A stretch of 64,000 nt of DNA from Akkermansiaceae bacterium (GTDB lineage Bacteria; Verrucomicrobiota; Verrucomicrobiia; Verrucomicrobiales; Akkermansiaceae), in the NCBI GenBank assembly GCA_029242935.1, contig JAQWSX010000006.1, forward strand, positions 3,319 to 67,318. The letters are read 5' to 3'. How positions within the stretch are numbered: the stretch's first letter is position 1; every line of letters begins with the position of its first letter. Shown piece by piece: positions 39,822 through 49,317 of the stretch. The position numbers were made by a program, and so were the translations under genes. The notes beneath the pieces are model-generated. The model worked only from the letters and a program-made list of their open reading frames with translations. It was not told where the DNA came from and made no database searches.

Positions 39822-41549
39822 TTGCCGAGCCTTCAGCCAAAGCTAAACTTTTGCTCTGTGAAGTTTCTCACCATCTTCCCCCTTGCTGTCGCTCTCTGCT
39901 TTATGTTTTCTGGAACGATCGCTTCAGCCGCTGAGGATAAGCCAATCCACGCAAAAGAGGAAAACTCTCTCGATAAGGACCAATACGCAATTTTCCCCCT
40001 TCCTTTGACGGCTTACGAAGGGGAAGAAAATTCTAACGAGGACTGGGGCATCTGGGAAAAGCTCAAATACCGGGCAGGACAACAAGGTGGATTTAATCTT
40101 GTCGCGTCTCTCATCTTCCTTTGTGCCATTATACACATCTTCCTCAGCGGCTTCTTCATCGAAATGGCTCACAAGCATAAGCATAAACATAAAAAAAAGA
40201 TTGAAGAACTCGGTTTAACAGCCGACGCCAAACCTCATGATGATGCCAAAGACGACGTATCCTTCAAAGCCAACCTCTTTCACTTTTTAGGGGAAATTGA
40301 AGCCATTTTTGGGATCTGGGTCATCGCCCTTGGTGCTGCCATTCTCTGGTTCTTCGGCATCCAAGACGGGGACGGAATTATGGCTGGCTTCAAGCAAATC
40401 GAATATTACATCGGCAAGGACGTCAATTTCACTGAGCCCATGTTTGTGGTCATCATCATGGCCATCGCCGCAACACGGCCCGTCGTTCGCTTTGCAGAAT
40501 CCATGGTCGATAAAGTTGCAAAACTCTTCGGAGGAACACTTGCCGCCTGGTGGCTCGCCACCTTAACCATCACTCCCATCCTCGGATCATTCATTACCGA
40601 ACCCGCCGCCATGACAATCGCGGCAATGCTTCTTGCTAAAAAGTTTTTCGACCTTAATCCCTCCAAAAAATTTACCTACGCCACTCTCGGCCTCCTTTTT
40701 GTGAACATTTCCGTAGGCGGAACACTGACTCACTTTGCAGCTCCGCCCGTTCTAATGATCGCTAGCAAATGGAATTTCGGCATGGACTTCATGTTCCTCA
40801 ATTTCGGTTGGAAAGCCGTAGTCGGGATTGTCATTTCCAATGCCCTCTACTTCTCATTTTTTAAGAAGGAATTTAAAACCATGGGGCTTAAAGAAAACCG
40901 TGACACCCATATGCCAGCCAGCTGGGTAGAGCGCGAAGATCCTATCCCCGCGTGGATCACCATCGTTCACCTCCTCTTTCTCGCTTTCACGGTTCTAACG
41001 GCACACTACCAAATGGTCTTCATCTTTGGATTCCTCTTCTTTATCGGGTTCACCCAGGCCACCGGCCATCACCAGAATGATGTTAATATGAAGAGCCCGA
41101 TTCTTATCGGTTTCTTCCTTGCGAGTCTCGTCATTCACGGTGGCTGCCAAGGCTGGTGGATCTCGGTTCTACTCACCTCAATCGACAACCAATGGTTACT
41201 CATGATTGGCTCCACAATCCTTACTGCTTTCAACGATAATGCTGCCCTCACCTACCTTGCCTCCCAAGCCCCGGACTTGCCCAACATGTCAAAGTATGCG
41301 GTTCTTGCTGGAGCAATCACAGGCGGCGGTTTAACCGTCATCGCCAACGCCCCTAATCCTGCCGGGCAATCACTACTCGGCCGCTACTTTAAAGGTGGCA
41401 TTTCTCCCGGTGGACTTGCCAAGGCCGCGATCATTCCAACTATCATTATGGGTGCTTGCTTCATGCTCCTTCCATCTTCCGGAATGAAGGAGGATCCCAA
41501 ACCAGCCAAAACGGAACAAACTCATCAACATGTTTACCGGTCTTGTTGA
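39822..41549 (+). CDS. Polytopic membrane permease, IT-superfamily-like (putative Na+/H+ antiporter / ArsB-NhaD-like)
   Basis: It has at least 10 hydrophobic segments and a TAFNDNAALTYL-type block. A cytoplasmic KHKHKHKKK loop is present. The start (TTG) is uncertain. The family call is by eye only. Confidence 0.5.
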   Translation: MPSLQPKLNFCSVKFLTIFPLAVALCFMFSGTIASAAEDKPIHAKEENSLDKDQYAIFPLPLTAYEGEENSNEDWGIWEKLKYRAGQQGGFNLVASLIFLCAIIHIFLSGFFIEMAHKHKHKHKKKIEELGLTADAKPHDDAKDDVSFKANLFHFLGEIEAIFGIWVIALGAAILWFFGIQDGDGIMAGFKQIEYYIGKDVNFTEPMFVVIIMAIAATRPVVRFAESMVDKVAKLFGGTLAAWWLATLTITPILGSFITEPAAMTIAAMLLAKKFFDLNPSKKFTYATLGLLFVNISVGGTLTHFAAPPVLMIASKWNFGMDFMFLNFGWKAVVGIVISNALYFSFFKKEFKTMGLKENRDTHMPASWVEREDPIPAWITIVHLLFLAFTVLTAHYQMVFIFGFLFFIGFTQATGHHQNDVNMKSPILIGFFLASLVIHGGCQGWWISVLLTSIDNQWLLMIGSTILTAFNDNAALTYLASQAPDLPNMSKYAVLAGAITGGGLTVIANAPNPAGQSLLGRYFKGGISPGGLAKAAIIPTIIMGACFMLLPSSGMKEDPKPAKTEQTHQHVYRSC

Positions 41550-42114
41550 AGCGATCGGCACTGTTGTCTCCTTGATTGAAAAGGGAGAACAAGCCGAACT
41601 CATTTTAGATATCCCTTTCAGTAACGAACTGAATTTAGGTGACTCAGTTGCCGTCAACGGCTGCTGCCTCACCGTGGCCTCGCTCGATGACAAAGTCCGC
41701 TTCGACCTTCTCGCACAGACTCTCAAAATGACCTCCCTTGGTGACTTACATGAGGGGGAGCAAGTCAATCTGGAGCGCGCCCTCGCGGTCGGAGACCGCC
41801 TCGGTGGCCACTTCGTGCAAGGGCATGTCGATAACACCGGAACCATTACCGACCTCTCAGCGATGGGACAGGACTACCGGCTTGAGATCGCCATTCCAGC
41901 CGCAGTGCACACACTTTGCATCGACAAGGGCTCGCTTTGCATCGATGGGATTTCCCTTACAATCGCCGAACTTACCCTAAATTCAGCAATTTTCTGGATC
42001 ACGCCGCACACTTTAAAGTCTACTCACCTTGGCGAAGCGAGCGTTGGACAAAAAGTCAACCTCGAGGCTGACCTACTTGCCAAGTATGTCAAAAAGTTGC
42101 TGCAATCCGACTAA
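41530..42114 (+). CDS. ribE: Riboflavin synthase (alpha chain)
   Basis: It has MFTGLVEAIGTV, and the two-lobe repeat carries GDSVAVNGCCLTV and KGSLCIDGISLTI. It overlaps the upstream permease gene by 20 nt. Confidence 0.93.
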   Translation: MFTGLVEAIGTVVSLIEKGEQAELILDIPFSNELNLGDSVAVNGCCLTVASLDDKVRFDLLAQTLKMTSLGDLHEGEQVNLERALAVGDRLGGHFVQGHVDNTGTITDLSAMGQDYRLEIAIPAAVHTLCIDKGSLCIDGISLTIAELTLNSAIFWITPHTLKSTHLGEASVGQKVNLEADLLAKYVKKLLQSD

Positions 42115-42164
42115 GGGTCACGGCGCTTCTTGAAACAAAACCTCGCTTCTTTCGTAATTAAACC

Positions 42165-44435
42165 ATGCGTCTTTGGCTACTCTTGGGGCTCCTTGCCACC
42201 CTTCCAGCATTCGGAGATCGTGGAGCGGAAATCTACGCCAAACACTGCCTCTCCTGCCACGGAGACAAAGGTCAAGGAGTGTCTGACGAATATGACGAGT
42301 CGCTTGTCGGCACAAAGTCAATTGCGTCTCTCGCAAAGTATATCCACCGAACGATGCCTGAAGAGGACGAGGACGCCGTGATCGACAAAGAGGCCCATCT
42401 AGTTGCGCAGTATATTCATGGCGCATTCTACTCCCCAGAGGCTCAAGCGAAGATAAAACCGGTGCGAAAAGACTTACTGCGACGAACCCAGCATCAACAT
42501 CGCAGGGCAATCACTGACATTGTGCAATCCTTTCGAGGAAGGGCTCAGTTGGGCACACAAAATGGACTACGCGGTCACTATTACCATAAGGAAAAAATGA
42601 ATGATCGTAAGAAGGAGCTCGCAAAGCGAATAGACCCTAGAATCGACTTTAATATCGAAGAGGATCACAAGGTCAAAGGCATTGATTCCAAAGCTCATGC
42701 GATCTTCTGGACCGGTTCACTTCTACCAAAGGAAAGCGGAAGATACTCTTTCCGCGCAACGACACCCAATGGCGTGCGGGTTTTTATAAACGAAATGGAA
42801 CGCGAAAAGTTTTACGGTGGTGAGACTCACAGGAAAACCGCGTTTATTGATGCTTGGGTGTCCTCTGCCAACCAATTGCGCTCAGTCGAAGCTTCTATTT
42901 TCTTATTAGGTGGCCATCCCATTCCCATTTACATCGACTTTGTCTCATACAAAGAAAAGAAATCATCACTTCTAATAGAATGGAAGCCACCTCATGGAAA
43001 ATGGGAGCCCATTCCTACACGCGTGCTTTATACTGAAAGCGCTCCAACTGCTGCCATTATCTCAACTGCATTTCCAGCTGATGACGCTTCGTTGGGATAT
43101 GAAAGAGGCTCCTCCATTTCGAAGGCATGGAAGGAATCAGTTGCGAAGGCATCGATAGAAGCCTCCCGTCAAATTTACAATGACATCAACGTACTCGCTA
43201 AAACCAATTCAAAAGACAAAAAGCGAAATGATAAGCTGAAAGCTTTTTGTTTCGAATTTGCAACGAGGGCTTTCGCTCGCCCCCTTTCAACCACTCAGAA
43301 GACGCTCTACATCGAAAATATCTTTGATGCAGATAAAGACTCAGAGACCGCTACTCGCCGCTCTCTCATGTTAATTCTTACTTCTCCTTACTTTCTTTAC
43401 CCATCACTCAATCGAGGTGATGACGGAAAACCTGATCACTACACTGTGGCTGCTCATCTAGCTCTCTCTCTCTGGGATTCCGTCCCGGATAAAGAGCTCT
43501 GGGAAGCTGCGAAAGAAAAGCGCCTTGGCGAGGAAACTGAAATCAATAATCAGCTCTCGCGCATGATGACTGATTTCCGCACTAAAGCAAAAACTCGGTC
43601 TTTCTTTTATCACTGGCTCAGTCTTTCAGAAAAAGAAGATCTCGAAAAAGACCCCGAACTCTTTCCTGATTTTGATCAACGAATGGTTGCTGACTTGCGC
43701 ACCTCGCTGGATCTTTTCATCGAAAACGTGATATGGTCTGAACAGTCTGACTATCGAAAACTATTCACCGAAGATAAAATCTATCTAAATAAAAGGCTCG
43801 CGAAATTCTATAGTGCACCAGCACCAGCACAGAATGACTTCAAGCTTCTTCTTACTCCCGACAAAAAACGGGCCGGTCTATTTACCCATCCTTACATCCT
43901 TACAGCTTTTTCTTACCACAAACAAACCTCGCCAATTCACCGAGGAGTTTATCTAAGCCGTAATATTTTGGGCCGCTTTCTCAAACCCCCTCCCAACGCC
44001 ATTGAATTTAAGGATACTGATTTCAAACCAAACCTTACGATGCGCGAAAAAGTCACGCATCTGACAAAAAATGAGAATTGTATGGCGTGTCATTCAATTA
44101 TCAATCCAATCGGATTCAGCCTCGAAAACTATGACGCGACCGGACGTTTTAGAACTCATGAAAAAAACAAACCAATAAACACGATCAGCGAGTATCCTAC
44201 GCCTGAGGACTCAATGGTGAAAATCAGCGGCCCCGATGATCTAGCGCGCCTCGCGGTCGAATCGCCCGAAGCCCATCGCGCTTTTTTAAAGCATCTTTTC
44301 CATCACCTCATTCAGCAACCGATCAATGCTTACGGTTTTAAAACCATGAATTCACTCCACAAAACCTTCGTAGACAGCAACTTTCACATTCGGGATATCA
44401 TTGTCACCATGGCAAGAGAAACCGTGCCAAGGTAA
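42165..44435 (+). CDS. PVC-type cytochrome-c domain protein of the DUF1587/DUF1592/DUF1588/DUF1585 class
   Basis: It has a signal peptide and the heme motif CLSCHGDKG. The C-terminal block is NCMACHSIINPIGFSLENYDATGRFR. Confidence 0.8.
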   Translation: MRLWLLLGLLATLPAFGDRGAEIYAKHCLSCHGDKGQGVSDEYDESLVGTKSIASLAKYIHRTMPEEDEDAVIDKEAHLVAQYIHGAFYSPEAQAKIKPVRKDLLRRTQHQHRRAITDIVQSFRGRAQLGTQNGLRGHYYHKEKMNDRKKELAKRIDPRIDFNIEEDHKVKGIDSKAHAIFWTGSLLPKESGRYSFRATTPNGVRVFINEMEREKFYGGETHRKTAFIDAWVSSANQLRSVEASIFLLGGHPIPIYIDFVSYKEKKSSLLIEWKPPHGKWEPIPTRVLYTESAPTAAIISTAFPADDASLGYERGSSISKAWKESVAKASIEASRQIYNDINVLAKTNSKDKKRNDKLKAFCFEFATRAFARPLSTTQKTLYIENIFDADKDSETATRRSLMLILTSPYFLYPSLNRGDDGKPDHYTVAAHLALSLWDSVPDKELWEAAKEKRLGEETEINNQLSRMMTDFRTKAKTRSFFYHWLSLSEKEDLEKDPELFPDFDQRMVADLRTSLDLFIENVIWSEQSDYRKLFTEDKIYLNKRLAKFYSAPAPAQNDFKLLLTPDKKRAGLFTHPYILTAFSYHKQTSPIHRGVYLSRNILGRFLKPPPNAIEFKDTDFKPNLTMREKVTHLTKNENCMACHSIINPIGFSLENYDATGRFRTHEKNKPINTISEYPTPEDSMVKISGPDDLARLAVESPEAHRAFLKHLFHHLIQQPINAYGFKTMNSLHKTFVDSNFHIRDIIVTMARETVPR

Positions 44436-44443
44436 GATTTCTA

Positions 44444-45403
44444 ATGACTACCCATTCCCATCCCGAACTTGCTCTCGTTCTGGACCAACTCTTTACCCGC
44501 CACATCACCGGCGAACATCCCGAGCACTTTGGACGCTATCTTGCACTTACTAGCATGTTCAAGGCCTCAGGACTTTCTACAAGGTTGAAGAAGATCGAAT
44601 CACGAGCAGCTAATCTTAAAGACCTCGCTGCCGTTCACGGCGAACGTTATCTCGCGCTCGCCCAAAAGGAAATACAATCTGGATTCGATCAACTCTCCAC
44701 TGGTGACACCGCTGTTTGTCCTGATTCCTGGCTCGTGGCCAGCCACGCCGCTGGGTCGGTTTGCGCTGCGGTCGATGAAATTTATTCGGAAAATTTCACC
44801 CGTTCAAAAAGAGCTTTTTGCGCAGTCAGACCTCCGGGTCACCACGCCACGTCCAATCGCGGGATGGGATTTTGCATCCTCAATAACGTTGCAGTAGGAG
44901 CCCGCTACGCCCAGCGAAAATATGGTGTAGGGAAAGTCGCCATTCTAGACTGGGACGTTCATCATGGGAACGGGACACAGGACATTTTCTATGAAGACGA
45001 AACCGTTTTATTCTGCAGTGTTCACCAATCACCTTGGTATCCAGGGACTGGAATGCTTGAAGAATTGGGTAGAGGAAAAGGTCGTGGATTCACCTTGAAC
45101 GCCCCCCTCCCTGCCGGCTCCGACATGCATCGTATTGGCGACACAATCGATACCAACTTTGTCACTGCGATACGCAAATTTAAACCCGAACTCGTTATGA
45201 TTTCAGCAGGATTTGACTCACGGCTTGGCGACCCACTTGGAAAATTCCGCCTCCTCGACGAGGATTACAAGACTTTTACCAATTGGCTCAGGAAAATCGC
45301 TGAAGAATTTGCCGATGGTCATCTTATTTCCGTTCTTGAAGGTGGATATTCGCTTGAAGGGCTAGCCGCCGGAGTTCAGGCGCACGTCGAAGCGCTCGAA
45401 TGA
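44444..45403 (+). CDS. Histone deacetylase-family (class II / acetoin-utilisation-type) deacetylase
   Basis: Motifs include RPPGHHA, DWDVHHGNGTQ, SAGFDS and LEGGY. Confidence 0.88.
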   Translation: MTTHSHPELALVLDQLFTRHITGEHPEHFGRYLALTSMFKASGLSTRLKKIESRAANLKDLAAVHGERYLALAQKEIQSGFDQLSTGDTAVCPDSWLVASHAAGSVCAAVDEIYSENFTRSKRAFCAVRPPGHHATSNRGMGFCILNNVAVGARYAQRKYGVGKVAILDWDVHHGNGTQDIFYEDETVLFCSVHQSPWYPGTGMLEELGRGKGRGFTLNAPLPAGSDMHRIGDTIDTNFVTAIRKFKPELVMISAGFDSRLGDPLGKFRLLDEDYKTFTNWLRKIAEEFADGHLISVLEGGYSLEGLAAGVQAHVEALE

Positions 45404-45465
45404 AGTTTCCTCGGAAAATTAATCGGTAGAAATTGTTTAAATGAGCCGTAATAAAAAAATAAGCT

Positions 45466-46773
45466 ATGACTTCTAGACGTCACTTTCTCCGCGAACTCGG
45501 CATCACTACTGGGGCCCTTCCATTCTTAACAGGACTGCAATCATTTGGCGCGTCAACGACCTCCGGAAAGAGGCAGCGTCTCATTTTTATGTTTTCGCCG
45601 AATGGCACACTCCCCGCTAAGTTCTGGCCGGGAAAGAATGGAGACCTATCGCAATCGTCTATTCTCGCTCCTCTTGCGCCATTTCAGGATCAAACTGCAG
45701 TTCTGAAAGGGATTTCGAATCGCGTCGGTGGTGATGGAGACAGTCACATGCGCGGAATGTCCTGTCTTTTGACAGGAGCTCGCCTGCACCCCGGTAACAT
45801 CCAAGGTGGCGGAGGACCTCCTGCCGGCTGGGCCTCCGGAATTTCGATTGACCAAGAGATTAAAAACTTTTTCCAGAAAAACGACTCGACTCGAACGAGA
45901 TACGGATCTCTTGAAATCGGCGTAGCGGTTCCCGACCGGGCTGATCCTTGGACTCGCATGTGTTATGCTGGTTCTAATCGCCCTCTAGCTCCGCTAAATG
46001 ATCCCTACCAGATGCTCGACAAACTTTATGGGCAAACCCAAGGACGAAAAACCTACGCATCAATTCTTGATAGCCTAGGCAGCGACCTTAAACGGGTCTC
46101 CAAAAATCTTTCTGTCGAAGACCGTAGCCTGCTTGAACAACACATGACTCTGGTCGAGGAAATGGAACGTGAAATATCCGCAACGGCCCAAGCAGGTGAG
46201 CTGGCTCACCCCGAACCCGAGCTGGATCCAAACATCGAGCTCGTCAACGACAACACCCCTCAGCTGGCCCGCATGCAGATCGACCTTCTCGTCAATGCTA
46301 TGGCCAATGACATGGCTCGTATCGGATCTCTTCAATTTATGCGCTCCGTCGGACAGGCTCGCATGCGATGGCTCGATATTAACGAAGGGCACCACTCTTT
46401 AAGCCACGAACCAGATAAAAATGAAGGGGCTCAAAACAAGCTGGAAAAAATCAACATCTGGTTTGCGGAGCAACTTGCCTATCTTGCGGAAAACCTCAAA
46501 AACACTCCCGAAGTGGGACAGCCTGGTAACATGCTCGATTACACCACCATCGTCTGGGTGAACGAGCTTGGAAAAGGCAATTCCCACACTCTCGACGACC
46601 TTCCGATCGTTATAGTCGGTGGGGAGGCCACTAAAAACTCAGGTTTCCACCACGTTGGAACAAAAATCCCACATAACCGGTTCCTCCTCACGCTCGCCAA
46701 CGCCCTGGGCCATAACATTAAATCCTTTGGGGAACAAAAATGGTGCGCCGAGGGAGCCCTCAACTGGAGCTAG
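45466..46773 (+). CDS. DUF1552 domain protein with a Tat signal
   Basis: It has the twin-arginine leader SRRHFLRELGITTGALPFL. Its size and blocks (GDSHMRGMSCLLTG, HHSLSHE) are typical of DUF1552, the usual partner of DUF1592-type proteins. Confidence 0.78.
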   Translation: MTSRRHFLRELGITTGALPFLTGLQSFGASTTSGKRQRLIFMFSPNGTLPAKFWPGKNGDLSQSSILAPLAPFQDQTAVLKGISNRVGGDGDSHMRGMSCLLTGARLHPGNIQGGGGPPAGWASGISIDQEIKNFFQKNDSTRTRYGSLEIGVAVPDRADPWTRMCYAGSNRPLAPLNDPYQMLDKLYGQTQGRKTYASILDSLGSDLKRVSKNLSVEDRSLLEQHMTLVEEMEREISATAQAGELAHPEPELDPNIELVNDNTPQLARMQIDLLVNAMANDMARIGSLQFMRSVGQARMRWLDINEGHHSLSHEPDKNEGAQNKLEKINIWFAEQLAYLAENLKNTPEVGQPGNMLDYTTIVWVNELGKGNSHTLDDLPIVIVGGEATKNSGFHHVGTKIPHNRFLLTLANALGHNIKSFGEQKWCAEGALNWS

Positions 46774-46851
46774 TTTAAGATCCGACAAAAAAACAGTGAG
46801 TTGAATTGTCGGTGTATCCTTTGTCAAAAAAGGGTAACTCAGCATGGCGCA

Positions 46852-48135
46852 CTACTGCGCTTTTTTGTCAGAAATCTGCCTGTAAATATCAAAAGCTTTC
46901 CTAGATTTTCCAGGTTCTTGAGAGTAGTTGGAAACTAAACTCCCTGGCAAAAACCTCCAATATGGCTGCCCCAACATGAATCCCGAAAAAGTTAACAACC
47001 CTCCTGCAAGTGCCAAAAATCCCCCAGTGAACTCCAATGTAGATGTTCCCCCAAACGAAAATGTAACCGCGCCTAAAACGACCCCTCCTATTCCCGTCCA
47101 AAACCGCCTAGGAATGAGAATAAATGCGCTTGCTATAAAAGAAACTCCTATTGCAACCATGAATATGGAAAGGAATTGACCTTTCGTCATCTCACCCACC
47201 ATCTCGGCATCAGGCTCTCTTACGTTCTCTACGAGAATTCTAAAAAGTGCATAAGCCACAAAAAAGATACCAGTCAAAATACCATGGCGCAATTTCGGAA
47301 ACTTCAGCCGAATCACATAGAGGATTAAAAAAACCAACAAACCCTCCAATATCCCCTCATATAACTGTGACGGATGCCTCGCGGGGGCATGATCAGCCAA
47401 AGCCTGCATGACATCAGGATTTTCACGAGCAATCGGAAGAAATTCTTGTTCAAAAGCTTGCTGGGAAAGATCATAGCCATCGTAATCCCCAACAAGCCTT
47501 ATCCGGTCTTTTAAGAACTCTCCCGCCGCATCATTATTCACGGCAGCTTGTTGCAATCCCTTCTGCAATTGGTCGCTATATCCACTTTCATAAAGCGATT
47601 TAGGAAACTTCACCGCCCACCAATTTTTTTCATCCGTAACCGTTCCATAAAGCTCGCCATTAATAAAGTTTGCCATTCTCCCAAAGAATATTCCGAGTGG
47701 CGCGACGATCGCAAACCCATCACCGACTGCCGGCCATAAAGTCCGTTGCTTCTTCCAAGCATAAAACAGGGTGAATAACATAATCCCAAGAATTCCACCA
47801 TGTGAGGCCATCCCACCTTCCCATACCGCAATAATAGTAATCGGATCTTCCAAAATTCTTTCCAATCCGCCAGGGCTAGGCAGCATATAAAACAAGACGT
47901 AGCCAATCCGACCACCCAAAAATACCCCAAAAATCGCAGTGTAGGTGACGACATCTCCCACTTTGAGTTCCGCAATCGGCCAGAGCTTCTTCCGAGAAAG
48001 TCGAAGCAAGATCAAGTAAGCTGCCGCGAAGCCCATCACATAGGACAATCCATACCAGCGAAGTTTGATTTTCTCACTGATCGAGAAAATTACCGGATCG
48101 AAATCGTGGACGTATGTAGCTAACAAATCAATCAC
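46852..48135 (-). CDS. lgt: Prolipoprotein diacylglyceryl transferase, extended form
   Basis: Motifs include RWYGLSYVMGF, GGRIGYVLFY, GGMASHGGILG, FGRMANFINGELYG and HPSQLYE. There is an insert of about 90 aa before HPSQLYE and a hydrophobic C-terminal extension of about 110 aa. Confidence 0.88.
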   Translation of the reverse strand: MIDLLATYVHDFDPVIFSISEKIKLRWYGLSYVMGFAAAYLILLRLSRKKLWPIAELKVGDVVTYTAIFGVFLGGRIGYVLFYMLPSPGGLERILEDPITIIAVWEGGMASHGGILGIMLFTLFYAWKKQRTLWPAVGDGFAIVAPLGIFFGRMANFINGELYGTVTDEKNWWAVKFPKSLYESGYSDQLQKGLQQAAVNNDAAGEFLKDRIRLVGDYDGYDLSQQAFEQEFLPIARENPDVMQALADHAPARHPSQLYEGILEGLLVFLILYVIRLKFPKLRHGILTGIFFVAYALFRILVENVREPDAEMVGEMTKGQFLSIFMVAIGVSFIASAFILIPRRFWTGIGGVVLGAVTFSFGGTSTLEFTGGFLALAGGLLTFSGFMLGQPYWRFLPGSLVSNYSQEPGKSRKAFDIYRQISDKKAQ

Positions 48136-48295
48136 CCCCCAACTTCACACCATCCCATCGCTTTCCGCAAGCGAGCAAAGTGATTCCTTCTCCTTACTGA
48201 TTAGAATCTGGACGGACTCCCCCACTCTTTGGATTTTCAGAAAATTTCGCCTCCAGCCATATCGCCGCTCGGCAATCCAATAAGTATGTCGTCTA

Positions 48296-49303
48296 TTAAA
48301 CCCCAATGAGCCAAGCTGTAAATCCTAGGTAGCCTGCGACCAAAAGGACACCTTCCCAACGGTCAAGCTTCATCCGATGTAACATCATGGGCGTCAGGAT
48401 CACGGTGACTGCCAGCATGACCGCCAGATGAACAATCGTGACGCCCTCCCCTTTTAGAGGAGCAATGATTCCCGCTAGACCTACCACCGCTAAAAGGTTA
48501 AAAATGCAGGAGCCGACTGCATTACCAACAATGATGTCGCCCTGCTTTTTCATCGCAGCAACAACCGAGGTTGCCAACTCGGGTAGAGAGGTTCCAAACG
48601 CAAACAAGGTAAGCCCGATAATGGCCTCCGGAACACCATAAAATCGCGCAATACTTTCACCACCCACAACCATTCGATCAGCGCCTACGACAAGAAGAAA
48701 TGCTCCGATTACAATCAAAAATAGATTTAGGAAGACTCTTGCTAAGCCTGCGGTTTTGGCGGCCTTGATAACTTCCGGATCAAGGTCTTCGCTGACGTTA
48801 GGATCTTCTTTTCGTGCCTGAACTAAACTCGTGATGACATAAACAAGAATACCCCCAAAAAGAATTCCGGCTTCAAGTCGGTCGATCACCCCATCTTTTA
48901 TCATCAGCAGAAAAACCACGGTCGCGATGAGTAGAACGGGCATTTCTCTCCGAATCACCTGACGTTGAATCGCCAATGGAAAAATCACCGCTCCCACTCC
49001 CAACACGAGCGCGATGTTGCAAATATTTGAACCTACAACATTACCAATCGCCATTCCTCCACTCCCGTCTAGGTTCGCTTTTACGCTCACCACCAACTCA
49101 GGAGCACTCGTGCCGAATGCCACGACGGTCAACCCGACGACAAGTGGGCTAATTCCAAAGCGAATGGCAAGCTCAGAGGATCCCCTCACCAGCCATTCGG
49201 CGCCAAAGTAAAGGAGGACCAACCCGGCAACGACCCAGCAAATATCAAGAGTTTCGGGCACGGCAAAAGACTGCATCACATCTAACGAAGCGGCAAATAC
49301 CAA
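48296..49303 (-). CDS. Calcium/sodium (CaCA, YrbG-type) antiporter
   Basis: It has the two alpha-repeats GTSAPELVVS and GTSLPELATS within a 10-TM layout. Confidence 0.88.
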   Translation of the reverse strand: MVFAASLDVMQSFAVPETLDICWVVAGLVLLYFGAEWLVRGSSELAIRFGISPLVVGLTVVAFGTSAPELVVSVKANLDGSGGMAIGNVVGSNICNIALVLGVGAVIFPLAIQRQVIRREMPVLLIATVVFLLMIKDGVIDRLEAGILFGGILVYVITSLVQARKEDPNVSEDLDPEVIKAAKTAGLARVFLNLFLIVIGAFLLVVGADRMVVGGESIARFYGVPEAIIGLTLFAFGTSLPELATSVVAAMKKQGDIIVGNAVGSCIFNLLAVVGLAGIIAPLKGEGVTIVHLAVMLAVTVILTPMMLHRMKLDRWEGVLLVAGYLGFTAWLIGV

Positions 49304-49317
49304 ACTGGAGAGATTTT

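Noticed and set aside
41400-41560. FMN riboswitch upstream of ribE
   Set aside because: The ribE start lies inside the 3' end of the upstream permease gene (20-nt overlap), which leaves no leader.
42118-42510. 130-aa minus-strand ORF and an 83-aa plus-strand ORF at the start of the cytochrome-c protein gene
   Set aside because: They overlap the signal-peptide and heme-motif region of the 756-aa gene. They have no independent support.
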